Part shown: positions 1 to 8,896 of the stretch, piece after piece
How positions within the stretch are numbered: position 1 is the stretch's first letter
Layout of the letters: each line of letters starts with the position of its first letter
Virus record (IMG/VR): IMGVR_UViG_3300031857_009768
Origin: an uncultured virus (IMG/VR IMGVR_UViG_3300031857_009768)
Lineage: Duplodnaviria > Heunggongvirae > Uroviricota > Caudoviricetes
Reading direction: 5' to 3' (one strand)
DNA: 20,000 nt
The notes under the pieces: generated by a model
The model's input: only the letters and a program-made list of their open reading frames with translations
What the model was told of the DNA's origin: nothing
Database searches by the model: none
Made by a program: the position numbers and the translations under genes

Positions 1-8
1 TGCGCCAT

Positions 9-36
9 AAAAAAAGAGACACCCGAAGGTGTCTCT
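9..36 (-). terminator. Rho-independent terminator downstream of gp23 with C(UUCG)G tetraloop
   Basis: Minus strand reads AGAGACACC-TTCG-GGTGTCTCT followed by a T run. Perfect 9-bp stem, 29 nt after the gp23 stop. UUCG tetraloop hairpins are typical of T4-like intergenic regions. Confidence 0.92.
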
Positions 37-65
37 CTAAATCCCACTCTACGGTGGTTATTTAA

Positions 66-1409
66 TTACATCAGGTTTGCGATACGGAAGCCACGGTAGT
101 AGTTGTTGCTCTGTGTTGTCAGAGCGCCGAGGCCTTGATCTGTACCTTCTGCGAATGGATTTGCTACCAGACCGTAACGAGTCTTGAAGCCAATCTTTGG
201 CTGGAATGTACCAGTATCTACAGCACGAACCATTTGCAGCGGTACGTATGGGCAGTAGAACATACCAGCATCGTATGCGTTTGTGCCTTTGTAACCAACT
301 ACAGCAAATTCAGATGTCGAACCAACTGGGAAGTATGGGTCGATGTAGACTTTGATACGACCGAAGATTGTACCAGCAAATGTGTTGCCTGTATCGTCAA
401 CTGTCAGTGATACTTGACCAGCAAGTGCTGAGTTATAGTCAAGGATACCAGCCATTGCCAGAGCAGAAGCTACGTCTGAAGAACAGATAACGATGTTACC
501 TTTTCCACGACGGGTTGTCTTAGCGATTTGGTTTGCTTCACGCTCAATTTGGAATGCCAGACCTTTGATCTTTTCAACCATCCAACGACCGTTTGAGTCT
601 GTGTCAAGGTTGAATGCGCCTCTAGTTGTTGTACCTGCTTGGCAACCTGGCTTAGCAATCTTGTAGATTGTACGGATAACTTCACGGTTGATTTCAGCAA
701 GAATTTCAGCGGACAGAATGTTAGCCAGTTCTGTTTCAGCGTCAAGACCATGAACTGCTTTCAAGTCTTGTGCCAGTTCCATTGAGTATTCTGCTTTCAG
801 CGCACGTGTACGGGCTGTTACAGTGACTTTCTCAATTGAGAATGCCATTTCTTGGAATGTGTTACCAGCAGCGCCATCACCCAGTGCTTCAGCAGAACCA
901 GTTGTCATAGCACCAGTTGGAGCAGCGTTACCTGTAAACAGATAATCTGTTGTGTTACCAGCGATTGTCATTGAAGAAGCAACGATTGCACCGTTAGCAC
1001 CCGAGAATGCTGTGTTTGCTTCGTTGTAGAATGCTTCGTTACCGCCTTGTGATGCATACTTAGTACGCATTGCAAAGATCAGACCTGTAGGACCTGTCAT
1101 TGGCTGAACGCCGCAAACGTCATAAGCGATCAGGTTAGGCAGTGAACGACGAACCAGGCTGATCAGAATTGGATCGAAACCAGCAACTGGACCAGCAGCA
1201 GCAGAACCGCCACCAAAACCACCTGTACCAGCAAAGTTAGTTGGAGAACCAGTTTCGCTCAGAATTGAACCTTCTTTGATCATCTCTTGAGCTTGGTTCT
1301 CAAGAATAACCGCTGTAACTGCTTTACGATATGGGTCAGCAATTTTTGGCATATCTGGATGATCCAGAACGCTTTCCCATTTTGATTGTAGATTTTCAGA
1401 CAAATACAT
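66..1409 (-). CDS. gp23: Major capsid protein (T4 gp23 family)
   Basis: 447 aa with gp23 motifs FDPILISLVRR, GVQPMTGPTGLIFAMR, FSIEKVTVTARTRALKAEYSMELAQDLKAVHGLDAETEL, FYCPYVPLQ and FQPKIGFKTRYG. SD AAGGAG upstream; follows gp22. Confidence 0.98.
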   Translation of the reverse strand: MYLSENLQSKWESVLDHPDMPKIADPYRKAVTAVILENQAQEMIKEGSILSETGSPTNFAGTGGFGGGSAAAGPVAGFDPILISLVRRSLPNLIAYDVCGVQPMTGPTGLIFAMRTKYASQGGNEAFYNEANTAFSGANGAIVASSMTIAGNTTDYLFTGNAAPTGAMTTGSAEALGDGAAGNTFQEMAFSIEKVTVTARTRALKAEYSMELAQDLKAVHGLDAETELANILSAEILAEINREVIRTIYKIAKPGCQAGTTTRGAFNLDTDSNGRWMVEKIKGLAFQIEREANQIAKTTRRGKGNIVICSSDVASALAMAGILDYNSALAGQVSLTVDDTGNTFAGTIFGRIKVYIDPYFPVGSTSEFAVVGYKGTNAYDAGMFYCPYVPLQMVRAVDTGTFQPKIGFKTRYGLVANPFAEGTDQGLGALTTQSNNYYRGFRIANLM

Positions 1410-1430
1410 CTTTGTATCTCCTTAGTTTAT

Positions 1431-1438
1431 TATTTAAA
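1431..1438 (-). promoter_or_regulatory. Possible T4-type late promoter variant (TTTAAATA) upstream of gp23
   Basis: One mismatch to TATAAATA, overlaps the gp22 stop codon, about 21 nt upstream of the gp23 ATG and ahead of the SD. The AT-rich context makes a chance match possible. Confidence 0.45.
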
Positions 1439-2525
1439 TTTTTGTTCTTGAAATTGCATTAACAACCGAAGCGACATATGGATCAGCGGCTACTTTCTTT
1501 TCGCTACCATCGTCTTCTACTTCTTCATGAAGTTGAGCTACATCGGCTTTTTTGATGCCTGATGGAAAGTAATTCTCACGAATTGTCTCAAGTTTTTCAA
1601 CGAACTCTTCCTCTGTGGAGAATTCTACACTCTCTGCAAGTGCTTTGATTTTTTCTACTTGAGTTGCTGTGAGACCTTCGCAAACTTCATTTACTAGTTG
1701 TACTTTGATTGCTTCAGTAAGCTGTTTTTTATACTGAATATTTGCTTCAATTTCTTCATTCAGTTTAACTTCCAGTTCTTCGACCTTAGATGCAAGTTCA
1801 TCGACTAGTTCTACTTTGTCTTCTGGAACGTTGATGTAGTTTTCGGCAAACAGATTACGCAAACCAGCAATAAAGTCTTCTGTGATTTCCGAACGCAGAC
1901 CGCTTTCGATAGCGATTTCGTTTTCGTCCATCCACTGCTCTACTACGTAGTTCAGGTAGTCATCTACTTTTTCTGTAAGTTCAGACTTGATTTCTTCAAG
2001 GGCTTCAGCCAACATGCCGGCATATTCTGCTTCCATTTGCTCTTGAATCTGAGCAACACGGTCGAATACACGTGCTTCAAAGATTGTAGCGGCTTTTGCT
2101 TTGAAGTCTTCAGAAATGTTTTTGTCATCAGCAAACAATGAAGCAACATCTTCTTTCATTTGTGCTTTCATTTCTTCGATTGCTGTTTCGTCATCAATCA
2201 GTTCTTCTTCTTCGTCGGCTTGTTCAGGCATCATTGCTGCGCCTGTACCAGCTTTCATATTCTTGTCGCCAAGCTGAACATCGGATGATGCCGCTGATGG
2301 CTTAGTTGTAGGTGCTGAAGCACTCTTAGCACTAGCTTTGTTTGACAATTTGTTAGAATCATCAGTAGGCTTGTTATTTTGATATGTAGGACCGCCCAAG
2401 TCTTCAGGTGTTCCAGAGTTACCTGGAGTAACAGAAGGCAGTTTAGGCATTGGCATACCAGGAGCAGATGACTTGCTTCCTGCAAGAATTTCTGCCGCTG
2501 CTTCCATGAGTTTGTTTGTTGCCAT
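1434..2525 (-). CDS. gp22: Prohead core scaffolding protein (T4 gp22 family)
   Basis: 363 aa, acidic and coiled-coil-like, with SEDFKAKAATIFEA, VDDYLNYVVEQWMDENEIAIESGLRSEITEDFIAGLRNLFAENYI and KLETIRENYF. Lies between gp21 and gp23. Confidence 0.95.
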   Translation of the reverse strand: MATNKLMEAAAEILAGSKSSAPGMPMPKLPSVTPGNSGTPEDLGGPTYQNNKPTDDSNKLSNKASAKSASAPTTKPSAASSDVQLGDKNMKAGTGAAMMPEQADEEEELIDDETAIEEMKAQMKEDVASLFADDKNISEDFKAKAATIFEARVFDRVAQIQEQMEAEYAGMLAEALEEIKSELTEKVDDYLNYVVEQWMDENEIAIESGLRSEITEDFIAGLRNLFAENYINVPEDKVELVDELASKVEELEVKLNEEIEANIQYKKQLTEAIKVQLVNEVCEGLTATQVEKIKALAESVEFSTEEEFVEKLETIRENYFPSGIKKADVAQLHEEVEDDGSEKKVAADPYVASVVNAISRTKI

Positions 2526-2547
2526 TGAATATCTCCTTATGATTTCT

Positions 2548-2555
2548 TATTTATA
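2548..2555 (-). promoter_or_regulatory. T4 late promoter consensus TATAAATA upstream of gp22
   Basis: Exact TATAAATA on the minus strand in the gp21-gp22 spacer, followed by SD AAGGAGA and the ATG at 2525. Confidence 0.85.
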
Positions 2556-2559
2556 AATT

Positions 2560-3210
2560 TTAAAGTTTTCGTAGAAAGTTTTCGAAAAGCTGTAACCCAA
2601 CAGATTCAATGTCTCTGCGTGATGCTTTGCGAATTTGCTGTTTAGCATAGTCGATATGAGACTCGACAAACTTACCTTCTACGAACATCCATTCTTTGTT
2701 CTCCATAATACCTTGAACAAAAGCACCTGGAGCAGAAGGGTCAGCAACAATATCAGCAGCAGTTGCAAGACGCAGGTCATCTTGTACTAGATTATAACCT
2801 TCTTTTGTCATTACGACAGAACCCAAAGCACGTGATGAAACACCAAGACCGACACCAGACTCAATAAGATTCTTAGCAATCAAACCATATGGTGTTTCCA
2901 TGATGAGTGCTTTACCGACAAATGTATTACCGTTCTCTACCAAACTTGTAATCTTATGCGACACACGTTCTAGATTCAGTGATGGTGTGTCTGGATGTCC
3001 CAGTTCACCAAGCGCACGATTTGTGTTGATGTACTCTTCGGTATATCGTTCAACTTCATTACGAAGTGTATCCATTTTGTACATACGATTGTTACGGTTG
3101 ACTGCATCGCCAACTAGAAATATGCCTTCAATGTACAGATTCTTTTTACCGTCTTCTGTTTTTTCGGTAAGATATCTTACATTTTCAATGTGTTCTTTAA
3201 TAAGTTTCAT
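2560..3210 (-). CDS. gp21: Prohead maturation protease (T4 gp21 family)
   Basis: 216 aa with YIEGIFL, NRNNRMY, RALGELGHP (catalytic His), GVSSRALGS (catalytic Ser) and ADIVADPSAPGAFVQGIME. Confidence 0.97.
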   Translation of the reverse strand: MKLIKEHIENVRYLTEKTEDGKKNLYIEGIFLVGDAVNRNNRMYKMDTLRNEVERYTEEYINTNRALGELGHPDTPSLNLERVSHKITSLVENGNTFVGKALIMETPYGLIAKNLIESGVGLGVSSRALGSVVMTKEGYNLVQDDLRLATAADIVADPSAPGAFVQGIMENKEWMFVEGKFVESHIDYAKQQIRKASRRDIESVGLQLFENFLRKL

Positions 3211-3572
3211 TAGATTGATACTCCTGTGTATGGATCAACATTGTAAGTTGCATACTTGGCCAGTTCTAGAACAACCGTACCGCCAGTAACAATTTCAATT
3301 ACGATGCTTTGAGTGTTATTATTTGCAATTGAATGTCCGTACTCATCAAAGTCCATGCTGCCACCACTATGCAGTGCCAGTAATGGAATGCTATTACGGA
3401 CAATACGAATGTTGCCGTTTGTTGACCATTTAACATGACGAATGTCTGCCGCAGTAACAGTCTCGATGGTTGCGTTTGCTCTTAAATCATTGAGAGTGAC
3501 AGTATATGTTCCAGGATCAACTGCTCGAACGATTGACGATCCTCTAAGTGTATTGGTAATTTCAAATGGCAT
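3210..3572 (-). CDS. Hypothetical beta-rich protein in head gene block
   Basis: 120-aa ORF tightly packed between the gp68-like gene and gp21 (TAATG stop/start overlap with gp21). No recognised family. Confidence 0.8.
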   Translation of the reverse strand: MPFEITNTLRGSSIVRAVDPGTYTVTLNDLRANATIETVTAADIRHVKWSTNGNIRIVRNSIPLLALHSGGSMDFDEYGHSIANNNTQSIVIEIVTGGTVVLELAKYATYNVDPYTGVSI

Positions 3573-3573
3573 T

Positions 3574-4035
3574 TTATTTTAGTCCCATTGCTTGACGACG
3601 GCGCATTGACATTTTTCTTTTCATCAATGTACGTCTTAGTTTACTTTTTCTTGTTGTCTTCCAAGAACGTTTCAATAAACGTGCTTTACGTAATCTTACT
3701 GTTGCAGGTATACGTTTAACCGTGCTACCAGAAATTCTATAACCTTTGATGCCTGATTTGCGTACATTTCTTTGTACGATAATTCTACCTTTTTTGTTGC
3801 GACGAATACGGCGGCGTACTTTTGTAATACGACCCATCTTTTGAATGTTTGGATTGCGTTTCTTAGCCGCTTCCTCTAACACTTGTTCGTCAACTTCAAT
3901 CTCTTCAAACATCGCATCAACGACATATGGCTTTGCTTCTTCCATACGGATAGAAGCAATGTCGTTCAGACGCTCAAAGATTAATTCTTTGGCTTCGTCT
4001 AATCTATTCTGTAGAATTAGTTCTACAAAATTCAT
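3574..4035 (-). CDS. gp68: Prohead core protein, gp68-like (highly basic C-terminal half)
   Basis: 153 aa; Arg/Lys-rich C-terminus ending KRKMSMRRRQAMGLK resembles the T4 gp68 C-terminus. Syntenic between gp20 and gp21. Confidence 0.72.
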   Translation of the reverse strand: MNFVELILQNRLDEAKELIFERLNDIASIRMEEAKPYVVDAMFEEIEVDEQVLEEAAKKRNPNIQKMGRITKVRRRIRRNKKGRIIVQRNVRKSGIKGYRISGSTVKRIPATVRLRKARLLKRSWKTTRKSKLRRTLMKRKMSMRRRQAMGLK

Positions 4036-4663
4036 ATAGTTTTCCGAATGTTGTTACAGACTCAGTTAGTTGTTGCCAAAAGATTTCTTTGCTGTCTTCT
4101 TCTAACTGACCGTATGTGTTTATAATTTGTTGTTTTGTTTCTTCGTCTAAAGAAATAGTAATGCCATCGTTGAGCGTTATTTCTTCTGCTTCAGCAAGTT
4201 CTTTAATGTATTCTTCCGCTTGAACTGGAGCATCAACCATTGGACCATAAGGAATGCTAAATGCTCGTTTTATTTTGTCACTCCAATACAGAGCAATACG
4301 TGTGCCGTCTGGATACAATCTTACCGCTTTACGTTTGATTACTAATATAACAGGTGGATCTGGCACCAATGGTGTATCCATACGTGCTTCATTAAGTTCT
4401 ACTTCTTCACGGACTGCTTGTCTTGCTTTACCATAAATCTGTTTACTTGAAACTAAATCTACCATGCGATTAAAAAGATTACGCATGATCTCACGATCAG
4501 CATTGTTGAACTGTGGGCGTTCTTCACCCATCTTGTCTAAGATTTTGTGGATGCGGGCCAACTGTGCTTTGTTTGCTAACCCTGCACGAACAAGCGCATC
4601 GAACTTAGAGTAGTCCTGTTTCTCTTCTTCTACGATAGATTTGAATTCGAGTAGTGATTTCAT
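4004..4663 (-). CDS. Hypothetical protein, candidate internal head/prohead-core protein
   Basis: 219 aa, overlaps both neighbours (ATGA overlap with the gp67-like gene). N-terminus MKSLLEFKSIVEE and several hydrophobic-x-E motifs. Confidence 0.75.
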   Translation of the reverse strand: MKSLLEFKSIVEEEKQDYSKFDALVRAGLANKAQLARIHKILDKMGEERPQFNNADREIMRNLFNRMVDLVSSKQIYGKARQAVREEVELNEARMDTPLVPDPPVILVIKRKAVRLYPDGTRIALYWSDKIKRAFSIPYGPMVDAPVQAEEYIKELAEAEEITLNDGITISLDEETKQQIINTYGQLEEDSKEIFWQQLTESVTTFGKLYEFCRTNSTE

Positions 4664-4860
4664 TCTTGCTCTACGGCTTCTTCACTGTCGGTAACTTCTT
4701 CGTCACCTTGCTCTTTCCCGCCAAATAAAGTTGTAGCCATTTCTTGCTTACGGCCTTGGAGCGCATCGAACGCTTTTGCGGATAAAACATTTTCTATACC
4801 TTCTTTTGCTGCTGCGCTATCACCAGCGGCAATGTTATTGATAATATCTTTTAGTTCCAT
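4660..4860 (-). CDS. gp67: Small acidic prohead core protein, gp67-like
   Basis: 66 aa, helical N-part (DIINNIAAGD...AKEGIENVL...K...LF) and acidic tail. Immediately downstream of portal, as gp67 is in T4. Confidence 0.72.
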   Translation of the reverse strand: MELKDIINNIAAGDSAAAKEGIENVLSAKAFDALQGRKQEMATTLFGGKEQGDEEVTDSEEAVEQE

Positions 4861-4871
4861 AATAATTTTCC

Positions 4872-6539
4872 TTATCTGCGTCTATTATTTATACTGACAA
4901 CCGATTTACTTACTTCGTCATCTAAACCAGGTGTTAATGACTCTTCTTCTTCGGTATTTTCTACCGTATTGTCTTCTGGTTCTGCTTGAGGTTCAGCACC
5001 CTGTGGTGGTCCACCTAATGCGGGACCTTGCATGTCATCGGGCAATGTGTCTTTTTCTTTTTGTATTGCTGCTTGCATTGCTTCAATCTCTTCATCCGTC
5101 ATCATGAGAATCTTATTCATCACATAATTATTGGAGAAGTAACGACCAACAAATGGATCAACTAGGCTTACCATTTGTAATCTATTCTGTAGCAATTCTG
5201 CTTCACGCAGTTCGGTAAAGTTATTGTCTTTACGGAAGTCGTAGTAAACATCTTCTTTGAACTTATCCCATTCTTCACGTGTACAAATGCCCTTCAGTAC
5301 CAATTGTACTTTGAGTGCTTCATCAAACACTTGTGAGAACTTATTACGCAGACGAACAACAAACTTGGCAAACTTCAGTTCATCACGTGTAACTTCTTGT
5401 GAACGACCAAGACCTGCTAAACCACCTTCTTGTGATTCAAGTCTTGAATATGGTACGTTTAAAGATTGTAAAAGTTTCTTTTGGAAATATTTTACATCTT
5501 CTAGTTCGCCCAAGTTTTGACCAGCAGGCAGTGTGGTAATTTCTGTACCTTTACCACCTTCACGGCGTGGTAGCCAGAAGTCTTCAAGCATTGACATATG
5601 CTTACGTTCATCACGGATCTCACCTGTGTTGGCATCGTAAACTAATTTGTTACGGTACTTGATCATGATGTCACGCAGATATTGCTCTGCTTTACCACGT
5701 GGCAAGTTACCAACGTCGATGTAGAAAATACGGCGTTCTGGCGCTCTTGAAATACGGTAAATAACAATCGCATCTTCAATCATACGTAACTGATTGAGTG
5801 GCTTGATTGCTTTGTGTAGATACGAAATAACAAATGTATTCTTAGCATCCATCAAACCAGAGTTCACATTAATGATAGCGTCTGGTGCAATACGAATGCC
5901 TTGACCTACGTTTGATGTAAATGTCTGTGTCGTGGTACCACGATCATTATAGACATAGTATTCAGCAACCGATACGACGATCATTGCTCCAGTTTTTGGA
6001 TCACGATCTTTTTTAATCTCACGCACTTTACGAATCTTGCGTGGATCAATGTATCTAAGTTCTTGAATACCTTCTTTAGGATTTTTATCGTTAACTACGA
6101 TATGATAAAAAACACGACCATCAATATACCAACGTTTGAAAACATCATCAGCCAAATTACTAAAGTTCAACATCTTTAATACATTGTTGAACTCTTCGAT
6201 AATTTTCTTCTTGATTGTTTCAGGCTGCTTCAGATTGTCAAGAACGATGTCAACAACCTTACCTTGATCATCATGTGTGATGGCTTCATTGACGATTTCA
6301 TCAATTGCCATTTGACACTCTGGGTGATTTGACATCTCACGATAACGTGTAATAAGTTCTATTTCGTTGCGAACAGAACCTTCAAGATCAACGTATGTAC
6401 CGTAATACGCATTTTGCGTAACGGTAACAGCACCATCATCTATGGTTGCGGAAGGCAAAGCAAAGGATGCCTGTTCGGGCTTTTCAGCCTTGACGACATC
6501 CTTTGAGCCTATTGTAAAGCCAAAAAGTTTAATTGCCAT
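4872..6539 (-). CDS. gp20: Portal vertex protein (T4 gp20 family)
   Basis: 555 aa with KLFGF, ELITRYREM..HPE...AIDEIVNEAI, WYIDGR, YRISRAPERRIFYIDVGNLP..KAEQYL and MLEDFWLPRREGGKGTEITTLP. Confidence 0.98.
   Translation of the reverse strand: MAIKLFGFTIGSKDVVKAEKPEQASFALPSATIDDGAVTVTQNAYYGTYVDLEGSVRNEIELITRYREMSNHPECQMAIDEIVNEAITHDDQGKVVDIVLDNLKQPETIKKKIIEEFNNVLKMLNFSNLADDVFKRWYIDGRVFYHIVVNDKNPKEGIQELRYIDPRKIRKVREIKKDRDPKTGAMIVVSVAEYYVYNDRGTTTQTFTSNVGQGIRIAPDAIINVNSGLMDAKNTFVISYLHKAIKPLNQLRMIEDAIVIYRISRAPERRIFYIDVGNLPRGKAEQYLRDIMIKYRNKLVYDANTGEIRDERKHMSMLEDFWLPRREGGKGTEITTLPAGQNLGELEDVKYFQKKLLQSLNVPYSRLESQEGGLAGLGRSQEVTRDELKFAKFVVRLRNKFSQVFDEALKVQLVLKGICTREEWDKFKEDVYYDFRKDNNFTELREAELLQNRLQMVSLVDPFVGRYFSNNYVMNKILMMTDEEIEAMQAAIQKEKDTLPDDMQGPALGGPPQGAEPQAEPEDNTVENTEEEESLTPGLDDEVSKSVVSINNRRR
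4886..4893 (-). promoter_or_regulatory. T4 late promoter consensus TATAAATA (P67-like), embedded in the 3' end of gp20
   Basis: Exact TATAAATA on the minus strand, about 25 nt upstream of the gp67-like ATG, with SD AAGGA in between. Confidence 0.8.
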
Positions 6540-6554
6540 TAAATATCATCCTGT

Positions 6555-6580
6555 AATAAAAGTAGGGCAAAAGCCCTACT
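6555..6580 (-). terminator. Intrinsic terminator/attenuator between gp19 and gp20
   Basis: Minus strand AGTAGGGC-TTTT-GCCCTACT followed by TTTATT. Perfect 8-bp stem starting 1 nt after the gp19 stop. Confidence 0.8.
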
Positions 6581-6581
6581 C

Positions 6582-7127
6582 TTAGACCACACCATCTGCA
6601 ACTGCTTCCCACCACTGGTAGGTAAGTGTTACAGAAAACTCTTCAATCGTATCATTTGATCCCCAATCAACATCAATTGGTGTGATGTCTGATGGGAACA
6701 TTCCAACAAATTTGTATTTCTTAATTGAGTTACCTGCTTTTCCAAACTGAGTAACTTCACCATCAGTTGTATAACCTAGTGGTGTACCAGCGACTGGATT
6801 ACGAACGTTTAGATTGTGGCTGTTGATGCCATTCATCCAACGTTCGAATGCATTGCGTACAATAAAATCTTCGTCGTTGATAATTGTTACTGTCCAATCA
6901 GCAAATGTGCGATTACCCACAAACTTTAATTCACGACCAAAGTATTGAACAGGCACAACACCCAGAGTTGCTCCTGGAAGTTGTGCTGTTTTACACATGA
7001 ACGTCATTTTTGTTTGTGCGTTTCCTGGTGCTGAGAACGCAGGAAACGGCATACTTACCTCAAATAGATTTGGGCGGGCACCGTCACCTGTTAGTTGTGA
7101 ACGGAACTGATTTACGTTAAATGCCAT
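6582..7127 (-). CDS. gp19: Tail tube protein (T4 gp19 family)
   Basis: 181 aa with GARPNLFEV, FMCKTAQLP, FGRELKFVGNRTFADWTVTIINDEDF and IEEFSVTLTYQWWE. Follows the sheath gene. Confidence 0.97.
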   Translation of the reverse strand: MAFNVNQFRSQLTGDGARPNLFEVSMPFPAFSAPGNAQTKMTFMCKTAQLPGATLGVVPVQYFGRELKFVGNRTFADWTVTIINDEDFIVRNAFERWMNGINSHNLNVRNPVAGTPLGYTTDGEVTQFGKAGNSIKKYKFVGMFPSDITPIDVDWGSNDTIEEFSVTLTYQWWEAVADGVV

Positions 7128-7150
7128 TTATTATTCTCCTGTTTCTCTTT

Positions 7151-7158
7151 TATTTAGG
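7151..7158 (-). promoter_or_regulatory. Putative late promoter variant CCTAAATA upstream of gp19
   Basis: CTAAATA core overlapping the gp18 stop, 23 nt upstream of the gp19 ATG, followed by SD AGGAG. Confidence 0.5.
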
Positions 7159-8842
7159 CTGCACCCACAACTTCATTGAAACTTACACCTGTGCGTACGG
7201 CAACAAAGTTAAGTTGAATAAAGTTGATAGAACGAGCAGGTTTAATGTAAATGTCACCAACAAATTCATTGCGATCAATAATCTCTGCGGTGTTGTTTGT
7301 GTCATCACAGACTACACGGAAATCAACAATACCACGACGGCCTTGTACATCACGCAAGAATGGTTCAACTAAAGCAACAAACTGGGCACGTGTAAACTGA
7401 TCATTAAATTCGAACAGAGAGAAACGAGCCGCACGTGAAATCGCTTTCTCAAGTGTAATAAACAAACGACGAACATTGATGCGATCAAAGGCGCTTGGCT
7501 TTGCTAACATCGTTTTATCGCCAAACAAAACTGTGCCTTCACCTGGGAACGAAACAACAGGATTAATTCCTTTTAGATACAAAGAATCACGTTCTGATTT
7601 TGTTGGATTCCATGCAAGTTTAATGACATTTTTGATCACACCACGATTCATACCACCAGGTGAGAACCAAGGATCACGTTCGGTATCTGTACGAACACAT
7701 GTTCCAGCAATGTCACCATTTAGTGGAACCCAACGATAAACATCACTATATTTGTCATACTGATACTTGTAACCGGAATCAATTACAGCATACGAAGATG
7801 AAGTCAATGAATCACGGTATGTTGCGATAGCACTTGCTTCACTACCAGCATTGTCTACACAACTTGCTTTGGTTGGCGAAATAAATGCCATACAATCTTT
7901 ACGAGATTCAGCAATGTTACTAATAACGTATGTAGCAATTGTGCTATTACCTGAACCAGTAACACACAACGAAATGTCAATTGATTCTGGATTTTTAAAC
8001 AAATCCCATCCAGTAGTAATTTGTGAAGAACCCACTGTGCCATCTGCACCGTTTGACAGTGAATATTCTACATTTGCTGTTGTTGTTTTAAATGATGAAG
8101 CATTAGCAGTAGAACCCCACGCAGTACCAGAACTTAGATTTGCTGTTGCTGGATGAGCAACCCACCAAACATATTGTGATTTATTTGAAACTACATTTTT
8201 ATAATAGTTGCTATTACCCGAATCGTCTTTAGCATCAGATGCTTTTGAAACGAATGCATATTTTTCTAGAACTGTACCTGCTGTGCCTGACCACAAACCA
8301 TCTTCGTCAACAACAACGATATGAACTTCGTCATTTGCACCACCACGACTTGCAACGTATGATGATGTTCCAGTGTTTGCATTAAATTGTGAACGGTATG
8401 GCCATGTTGCAAATGTTCCTAAATCAGCTATTGAAACTTTTAGTGAGTTGCCTAATGCTCCAGGAAATTTTGCTGCCCAACCACCATATGCACCATCAGC
8501 ATAACCGTTATGATTGTCATCCCAATCTTCTTCGTTTTTAATAACCAAAGCACCACCATTTGCGGTGGCATTATTAGCACCACTTGGCAGGGCACGAACA
8601 ACTTTTAAATTGTTGCCGTATGCCAAAAAGTTTGCTGCGGAGAACCAATATTCATAATTATTGCCGTCTGGCTTACCGAAGGTGTTCACCAAACGAACCT
8701 CATCGGAAATAGATGTTACTACACTACATGGTCCCCAATTAAAAGGTCCTACAAATGCGCCAGTAGAAGTGGCAACCGAAGGAATAACTGTAGTCAGATC
8801 GATCTCTGATACATTTACTCCAGGTGATAGTTGTAATGCCAT
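7154..8842 (-). CDS. gp18: Contractile tail sheath protein (T4 gp18 family)
   Basis: 562 aa with LSPGVNVSEIDLT, AANFLAYGNNLKVVR, DSGYKYQYDKY, PWFSPGG..RG, GDKT...PSAFDRINVRRLF and IYIKPARSINFIQLNFVA. Confidence 0.98.
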   Translation of the reverse strand: MALQLSPGVNVSEIDLTTVIPSVATSTGAFVGPFNWGPCSVVTSISDEVRLVNTFGKPDGNNYEYWFSAANFLAYGNNLKVVRALPSGANNATANGGALVIKNEEDWDDNHNGYADGAYGGWAAKFPGALGNSLKVSIADLGTFATWPYRSQFNANTGTSSYVASRGGANDEVHIVVVDEDGLWSGTAGTVLEKYAFVSKASDAKDDSGNSNYYKNVVSNKSQYVWWVAHPATANLSSGTAWGSTANASSFKTTTANVEYSLSNGADGTVGSSQITTGWDLFKNPESIDISLCVTGSGNSTIATYVISNIAESRKDCMAFISPTKASCVDNAGSEASAIATYRDSLTSSSYAVIDSGYKYQYDKYSDVYRWVPLNGDIAGTCVRTDTERDPWFSPGGMNRGVIKNVIKLAWNPTKSERDSLYLKGINPVVSFPGEGTVLFGDKTMLAKPSAFDRINVRRLFITLEKAISRAARFSLFEFNDQFTRAQFVALVEPFLRDVQGRRGIVDFRVVCDDTNNTAEIIDRNEFVGDIYIKPARSINFIQLNFVAVRTGVSFNEVVGAA

Positions 8843-8885
8843 TGGATTTCTCCTTTATTGTTGGGTCAATATTCTTTTTATTGTC

Positions 8886-8893
8886 TATTTAGT
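8886..8893 (-). promoter_or_regulatory. Putative late promoter variant ACTAAATA upstream of gp18
   Basis: Lies in the gp17-gp18 spacer just after the gp17 stop, with SD AAAGGAGA before the ATG at 8842. The same octamer occurs at 19167-19174. Confidence 0.6.
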
Positions 8894-8896
8894 TTT

